Assembly (NCBI GenBank): GCA_012295275.1
Contig: CM022667.1
Coordinates: 4,402,001 to 4,466,000, forward strand
Source of the DNA: Chrysomallon squamiferum
Taxonomy: Eukaryota; Animalia; Mollusca
Length of the DNA stretch: 64,000 nt
Direction of reading: 5' to 3'
Position 1 is the first letter of the stretch. Each line of letters begins with the position of its first letter. Positions 56,690 through 64,000 of the stretch are shown here, one piece after another. The notes beneath the pieces were generated by a model. The model was not told where the DNA came from. It saw only the letters and a list, made by a program, of their open reading frames with translations, and did no database searches. The position numbers were made by a program, and so were the translations under genes.

Positions 56690-56739
56690 ATGGCGGCTTC
56701 CATGAGTTTGAGACTAAGTTTGTCGAGAATTAGTTCATG
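56690..56739 (+). CDS. ECI2: ECI2 exon 1 ([16 protein letters not shown], presequence)
   Basis: ATGGCGGCT start, TG|gtaatt phase-2 donor matches the exon 2 acceptor. Confidence 0.8.
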
Positions 56740-59700
56740 GTAATTCATTTTATCGCTTTTCTTTTAAAAATTACAAGTGAGTAAAATTTACAGTAACTTA
56801 AAACGGGTCAAATAATGAATAAAAGGAAAGATTAACGACTGTCACTGTCGATGTAATTAGTGAAACAACTGAATAAGTGTGAATAACACTGACAGTTTGT
56901 GATACGACTGTGATAGTGAGAGTGAGGGGCAGTCTCCGATCAGTGCAGTCACGTGAGAGCCAACAAAATGCATCTATTTATTTATCAGTTAATTATTATT
57001 ATTCCATTCATGCTTAAATTAGATTATATTTCTTTAACCCTAAGAATTCTGCAGTTTTTCAGAATACTTTTTTAATAATGTAGTTAATTTTTATTTCAAT
57101 TTGTTTTTCAGCTTTTCTCTTCGAAATATAAGAAATTTTCACTGTAGTACAGTTATATCCATGCCAGCTTACGACAAAGAGTTTGAGACAGCCAAAAGTA
57201 AACTAAACAGTTTGAAAGAGGACCCAGGAAATGAACTGAAACTACAAATCTATGGATTATACAAACAGGCAATTTGTTTTTAGATATTTTATATCATTTA
57301 AAACATACCATATACCTGTTTAACCCTGGAAGTGAAGAGAAACTATGGACTAATCAAACAGGCAATTTGTTTTTAGATATCATTTAAAACATACCATATA
57401 CCTGTTTAACCCTGGAAATGAGCCACACTTTGTGTATTTCAGTCAAAACATGTTTCGTGAATTTTGTTTGTTATTTATAGAAATCCATATTTGACTGACA
57501 TTCTCCATTGAATTAATTAGTGGAATCAAAATTTACAATTGGCAGAATTTGATATCTAATTAAATAAATTGGTGGCATTTTCTTAGCTGAACAAATTCAC
57601 CCATGATGCCTGTCTTAAACAGAATTATTTCTCTTTTAATTTCAGATGAATTTTATATTTATTATTATTGTTTGTATTACTGTTGTTATTATATTCTTTA
57701 TTTTTTATCTTTTAATATTTTATATAATTTTTATTTTTATTCTCTATGAACAACTGTGGTATCGAATAAAAAATTTCATCATGCTTATAAACTTCATAAA
57801 TAAATAAATTTATCACAGACGCCAGTTTTTTATTGTAGTAGTCCACTTTAGAAAAGGTGAGAATCAAAGTTTTGACAATTTCAGAACGATGATGATATTT
57901 CAGTGTAGATTAATTAAGAACAACAACAATTATTAAAAAAAAAAAAAATACTGTTACACTAAATACAACAGATTAATGATAAATTGTTGTGTTTCAGGCA
58001 ACAGTTGGCAAGTGTAATGTTCCGAAACCTGGTATGATGGACATGGTCGGAAAAGTGAAGTGGGGAGCTTGGAACAGTCTGGGAGAAATGTCCAGGGTAG
58101 ACAACTCTAAATTACAATTCAGAATTCTTTTGGTTAATTAAGTTGATAGTGTGTTAATAAATCTGAGGTATTTCAGTTAAAACTTTACTCTGTATCATAT
58201 TCAATTTTATTTATTCTGTTACATTTAAATAAATCTTAATTAAAATTCTGAAACACCGAATAAATGGTGTATTTATTCAAATTAAATAAATACTTAAAGA
58301 CTGGAGTGGTATAAAAATACAGGACTACAGATTTCATAGCGTGAAATAATTTTCTAAATCATAAATAAATTAAATTTTTTGTTTTGTTGAGAAGCCACTA
58401 AATTATAAATACTAAAAAAAAAATAATAACCATCTCATCTATTAATAATAAAAAATTTTGAGAAGATTTTATCTAAATCGTTTCTTTTTTGATGTTTCTG
58501 AACATAATCTGTTGTGATTTCATTGTGTCAGGATGATGCACAGAAGAAATACATTGACCTGGTGAATGAGCTGGCAGGAAGTGATGTTCAAAGTGAGGCA
58601 CCCAGGCAGACTGGAAAATACAACACACTGCTAGTAGACAGAGACGGAAAAGTTTTCAAAATTACACTCAACAGACCTTCGAAGAAAAACGCTATAACAT
58701 ACGAGGTGAATATTCTTATTTTATTTCTGTAAATTATTTATATTTTAAATTTTTACATTAAAATGTTATTGTGTGTGTGTGTGTGTGTGTTATAAGGTTG
58801 ATGAGACAAGAACCAAGTCTTTGCCACTTGTGGAGTAGATGTTATTCTTTTTTATAGATCTGTCATTACATTATATAGTTACACACAGAAAAGGTATTAA
58901 TAGCTAATGTCTCTAACCTCAGTGCAAAGTATTATCAAAGACTGGTCACAATAAAACAGTAATTTCCATCAGGTGATATAAAGTGTTAATCGACAGTGCA
59001 TTGTTATCAGTACTTTAATTAATTATTGTGTATGAATGAAAGTTGGTCAGTAAATAATTTCAAATCAGACTGTTGCTGTTATTGTTTGTTAGTTGTATGT
59101 CACATGTATGGGACTAGAGCTTTTTGTAGCTGGAGTTTAAAAGAAAGTCATAGCAGAAGTGGGAAGAAATACTTTTTTGATGCAATTTAACAGACGTGCT
59201 GTACTTCAAACCATTGTCAAACACAAACATAATTAATTCTGTGCCAATAAATGTGCAAAAAACCCCTAATTGATCCATTTGTAACATACAAATATCTGTT
59301 GTTCATGTTAAAATCACATATGGCAGGAAGGCTTATGGTAAGATGCAATTTAAATACACCTCACTACTGATATGTGTGGTATATCATAAAGTGGCTTTGT
59401 GATTTCCAGGGGGGGGAGATATGTGATTGTGTGATTTCCTGCCAAACCAGAGATATTTTAAAACAAAAACATTTTTTAATTTTTTTTTTAAATATGCACA
59501 TACTGTTAAACAAAATTTTTTTTTTTTTTTTCTGTTCTGACTATAGATGTACACAGAGTGGGTGGAAGCTTTGAAAGAAGCAGCAGAAGATAAATCTGTA
59601 ACTGTTGCCGTGATAACAGGTAATATTTTCTGTACAACAAGTCATAGTTATATGTTGTCATCAATATATCAAATCAATAAGTCATAGTTATTATTCCTCT

Positions 59701-62016
59701 GTTCAATAAAAAATATCAATTTTTTTTTTTTTTTTTTTTTTTAATTTTAGGAGCTGGCGACTTTTTCTGTAGTGGAAACGATTTGTCAAATTTTGCAAAC
59801 GTTGATCCATCAAAGATTCAGGAGATGGCTGTTACAGCTAAAGATGTTTTAATGTAAATATTTACATCTTTTTCTTTCTTCTTTTGATTATTATTTTTAT
59901 TATTAGAATTGTTATTACTGTTGTTATTTGTTTTTTTGCAGTTAATTATTATTATTACTACTACAATTACGACTGTATATTTATTTATTTATGTTGTTAG
60001 AAACTTTGCATGTTCGAAATTTCATTATCATCATCATCATCATTATTCTTGTTGTTATCATTATATTATTATTTCAGTTGTTGTCATTGTTATTTCATAT
60101 TTGTTTCTTAAAAAAATTACTTTAAACATTTGCTTCAGTAAAAATCAACTTTATCAAAAAAATATTTATTGCTATAATCAAATTAACGATCCTTTTTTTT
60201 TTTTTTTTTTTTTTTATGTCAGCTTATAATTATAATTTTAATATTCTTTATATTGAAAGATTTTATATCTCACCTTTAAACTATATATTTGTTAAAGCTA
60301 CACTGGATCTAATTATAATGTGTAATTTTTATTACCAACTAATAGACAACATTTCAGCTTGAAAACAAATTTTCAGGAACTCATTCTCATACCAGTTTCT
60401 AATCAGGGCTAATTAGAGAGATGTATAATGGCTGCATTTCTTGTCTGACAAACTGTTAACATACTAACACAATCTGCAGCAGTCAGTCCAGGTTCTCAAT
60501 TATCTACCCAAGTCAGATAAACAAATAATAATATATCAAATTATCACTTTATCTTATTGATGTTTTGGTGTTTTGGTTGTTTGTTTTTTCAGGAAATTTG
60601 TCAGTGTCTTTATAGACTTTCCAAAACCTCTGATAGGTTTGATTAATGGTCCAGCAGTAGGCATTTCTGTGACAACGCTGGGTCTTTACGATATTGTGTA
60701 TGCCTCAGAGAGAGTGAGTTAAAAACATTCATAACTCTAAAATCTTCTCCTTATTTTCCTTATTTTACACATTGCTGTTGTCCAGTGTAAAATATAACCA
60801 CTTGAGTGAGTGAGAAAACATATTCTAAATCAAATTGCCAGTTCCATTCAGCTTAACAAAATATAAAACATTATTGTTATAGAAGGCATAATATCCTACT
60901 GACATTAATTTTTTATATATATATATATATTTTTTAAATTATTGTTTCCTAGGCAACCTTCCACACTCCATTCTCTCAGCTTGGACAGTCTCCTGAAGGT
61001 TGTTCTACGTACATTTTTCCACGTCTGATGGGAGCTGCAAAGGTAGATAACTCCTGTTGTAAACTTATTCAGATGTTAAGCATACCCGTACATTATTATT
61101 TTTCAAAGTTTTTTCAGCAGTTTAGTTATTTTTAATATCACAAAGCTACTGGTTTAATTAGTTTTCAGGTGGAAGAATGATTATTTGAGAACTAGTTAAT
61201 TTAATCTTGTTCAAAACACTGGCATGTTACAACATTACAAGAAAATTTATGATAGTAACTAATTACCATTACCGTGTCAATGGATTTTTTTTTTTTTTTT
61301 TTTTTTTTAATTTTAGGATTTTAAACATTTTCTAATCGTGTTGTTGCTATATTTGTATTAATAAGAATCAAACAAAGAAAGAAATTTGGAAATCTATAAA
61401 ATATAACTGAATTTAAACTGAACTGATAAAGATTGACTGTTCACAAATTACCTATCTTTTTCTTTTTTGCTTATTTTGCTTATTTTATTTTTTATTATAA
61501 TCACTATTCCTTGATCCTGTATTTTTTATATTATTTTTTATTATTATTATTATTATTATTGTTTTGTTTTTCAAACAGGCAAACGATATTCTACTTTTCA
61601 ACAGAAAATTAACTGCAAAAGAAGCATTTGATAGAAATCTTGTAACTGAAGTTATTCCGGAACAGTCATTTGTTAAAGAAACTGCAGAGAAGGTGAAACG
61701 CCTGTCTGAACTTCCACCACAGGTAAATATCTTTAATAACTTGGATTTCAGAAAGAGGGACATAATCCCCTTAAAATAATTTGTAATTAAAAAAAAAAAA
61801 AAAAGAAACCATCATTGTTGGTCTTGTGATTGTAAATATTATATCAAACTGTAGTACTGTATTTGTTATTGATAGGAATATTTGTATTGTTTTTCTAATG
61901 GACAAATACTAATTTTCTCATTGTTGTTATCAGTAAGGTATTTTTTTTATTAGTAGTAGTAATAGTATGGAAGGAGAAATTTAACTTTTTATAAATATTT
62001 AAATTTTTGTGAGTAA

Positions 62017-62058
<42 letters not shown>

Positions 62059-62364
62059 AGAAGTAGTAAAATTTTGTTATTATGTGTTACTATTTATTGT
62101 TGTTATTAGCAATAGTAATCATTTTTTTTTAATACTTATTATTATTATTACTGAACAATAATGTTTTCGTCATCGTCATAATTGTTATAATTAATTTAAT
62201 GATTTCAGACTGTACAGACATCTAAGAACATCATCAGAAGCAATGAGAGAGAAATCCTGTACAAAGTGTGTGAGAAAGAGTGTGATCTTTTAGTCGAACG
62301 CTGGCAGCACCCAGAATGCATGAACGCCATAATGAACTTCTTCTCCAAGAAGTCAAAAATGTGA
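56690..62364 (+). CDS. ECI2: Enoyl-CoA delta isomerase 2 (PECI; ACBP domain + crotonase-fold isomerase), 10 coding exons, 1167 nt, 388 aa
   Basis: ACBP motifs ([28 protein letters not shown]) followed by crotonase motifs ([63 protein letters not shown]); all exon phases are consistent; ends SKM*. Confidence 0.95.
57112..57268 (+). CDS. ECI2: ECI2 exon 2 ([12 protein letters not shown]...[10 protein letters not shown])
   Basis: tttttcag|C acceptor; non-canonical CAG|gcaatt donor. Confidence 0.9.
57250..57417 (+). repeat. Two-copy direct duplication (93-bp offset) spanning the ECI2 exon-2 GC donor
   Basis: ctatgga...caaacag|gcaatttgtttttagatat...cctgtttaaccctggaa at 57250-57331 and 57343-57417. 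Confidence 0.9.
57998..58096 (+). CDS. ECI2: ECI2 exon 3 ([33 protein letters not shown])
   Basis: gtttcag| ... |gtagac, 99 nt. Confidence 0.95.
58532..58705 (+). CDS. ECI2: ECI2 exon 4 ([11 protein letters not shown]...[13 protein letters not shown])
   Basis: gtcag| ... |gtgaat, 174 nt. Confidence 0.95.
59547..59619 (+). CDS. ECI2: ECI2 exon 5 ([24 protein letters not shown])
   Basis: tatag| ... G|gtaata, 73 nt. Confidence 0.93.
59751..59853 (+). CDS. ECI2: ECI2 exon 6 ([15 protein letters not shown]...AKDVL)
   Basis: ttttag| ... AT|gtaaat, 103 nt. Confidence 0.93.
60593..60713 (+). CDS. ECI2: ECI2 exon 7 ([40 protein letters not shown])
   Basis: tttcag| ... |gtgagt, 121 nt. Confidence 0.95.
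60953..61042 (+). CDS. ECI2: ECI2 exon 8 ([30 protein letters not shown]; likely catalytic Glu in SPEG)
   Basis: cctag| ... |gtagat, 90 nt. Confidence 0.95.
61579..61722 (+). CDS. ECI2: ECI2 exon 9 ([16 protein letters not shown]...LSELPPQ)
   Basis: aacag| ... |gtaaat, 144 nt. Confidence 0.95.
62209..62364 (+). CDS. ECI2: ECI2 exon 10 ([10 protein letters not shown]...NFFSKKSKM*)
   Basis: tttcag| acceptor, TGA 62362-62364; AATAAA hexamers downstream (~62586, ~62679, ~62736). Confidence 0.95.
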   Translation, partial: TVQTSKNIIRSNEREILYKVCEKECDLLVERWQHPECMNAIMNFFSKKSKM

Positions 62365-64000
62365 ACAAGAAAATATTTTTTCAATAATGCACAAAAATAG
62401 TATTTTTTTAAATATACATATTTTTTTAACGGTTATTGAGAGCTTATGAAGTTTATCTGCGTATGAAAATCAGTTTGGTGTTGTCAATTTATTATTTTAT
62501 ATTATTGATGACAGTTGCTTGCCATTCTTGTCGTATCTGCATTTTGAAGAATACTGCATTTTAGTCTAAATTTTAATGAATGAAAAATAAAAACCTAACT
62601 CAAACAAAGAAGGGGGGGGATGTACATAACAGCTTTATGACTGATTGGTAAGAGTATATTTATCATTGTTAAACACAAAATAAACATCATTCATGTTGAA
62701 AACCAAAATTTATCATCCTAGTCTAAAATTATTAAATAAAACAATTTCTTTCCTTTCTCTGTTTATTTTCATCTCAGTTATTTCTATTGCACTGTTTACA
62801 ATAATTTATGATAATTTCTTATGTTTGATACTTTACACAAAATGTATATATATTTAAAAAGCTTGGTTACTGTGAATGTATTTAATAGTATGAATATTAG
62901 ATATTTATTATTATTATTATTACAGGCATGATTTTCTAATCCGATGTTAATAATCTTTAATTAATTGTACTGGATTCTCAAAAATAAATAAAGTGAGAAA
63001 TTCAAATCTTATTCTTAGTCGTCATTTGACAGTTTTACTGGACTGTAACATTGGTCTGCACATTTAGGTTTTGCAGGATCAATCCTTGTGAGGTGCTTGC
63101 GAGATATTTTTCCTGTTCCACCAGTTATATTAAAAACTGTGGTGTTTGCTTTCTTTGTCAATAATCAACAAGCAGCATACGCAGTTCAGTTATTTTATTA
63201 TCATGTCCCAATACATATTTAAAATCACTTAATCATTATTATAAAATGTATATAATTTTGTAAATCTTATTATAAAATAATAAGTTTATATCAATAATGG
63301 AGATGATCAGCAGATTTTATCTTATCATAATATAAAAAAAAAACTGAAATCTAATAATAATACCCTGACATTATTTATTTAAAAACAAATATTATTTCAC
63401 ATTGCGTCAGAATGTTTTTATATTAATTAACAGAACTATCAATATAAAATCATTTCAGTGACTTCTAAATAAATAGATATTTTGATATAAATTAATTTAA
63501 AAACAAAACCAAATCAACACAAAATAAGAATAACCAGTTTAATAGTACACAACCATCATAACACAAAGTCTGTAACAGTAATTATTTTTATTTAACATAA
63601 TCTAAAATTAAAGCAGTTTCAGTTTATTTTATCTTTTGAATACAATAATTTAAATAAATGTAATATTAAATTAATTGAAAAATACTGAGGTTATTTTGGG
63701 TAAAAAAAAAAAAAAAAAAAAGCATTTAAAATAAACATAATTCTTTTAAAATTTCAACTAAAAAACCTTTCAAAATATATACACACACAAGTGTAAGGTT
63801 GTTGAAAATTACAATCAAAACACGGTCACAATATATTTTTGATTATAAAATAAATTTCTTTCTACATCATCTATGCTGAATATTTGAATAAAGAAGCTAT
63901 AAGCTTTGACTTCATACTAATATATATGATACATGTCTATAAAAATACTAAAATATAGTTGATATAGTTGAAAAAATTATAAAAATTGTACTCTATATTA

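Overview
AT-rich, microsatellite-dense animal genomic DNA (invertebrate, probably lophotrochozoan/mollusc; this is an inference). Two spliced genes sit head-to-head. (1) HNF4 (NR2A nuclear receptor) is on the minus strand: core exons at 20487-20777, 18279-18394, 17838-17987, 17376-17616, 16811-17047 and 15917-16382, a 45-nt exon at 30886-30930, and several candidate alternative ATG-bearing first exons out to 54564. (2) ECI2/PECI (ACBP domain plus enoyl-CoA delta-isomerase) is on the plus strand: 10 exons at 56690-62364, 388 aa, with a mitochondrial-type presequence, a C-terminal SKM PTS1 and one GC-AG intron. The most unusual structure is a ~1.6-kb tandem array (18361-~19990) of about 20 copies of the HNF4 branch point + 3' splice site + first 29 nt of the T-box exon. 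Most copies end in a GTGAGT donor, so they look like an array of decoy acceptors or micro-exons in front of the true exon. Three further tandem duplications in the window are also anchored on splice junctions. Two HNF4 exons carry apparent frameshifts in CCC runs, most likely consensus errors. Positions 1-12 kb are CpG-rich and have no gene I can identify. Most ORFs in the supplied track are microsatellite artefacts. All counts and coordinates were worked out by hand.
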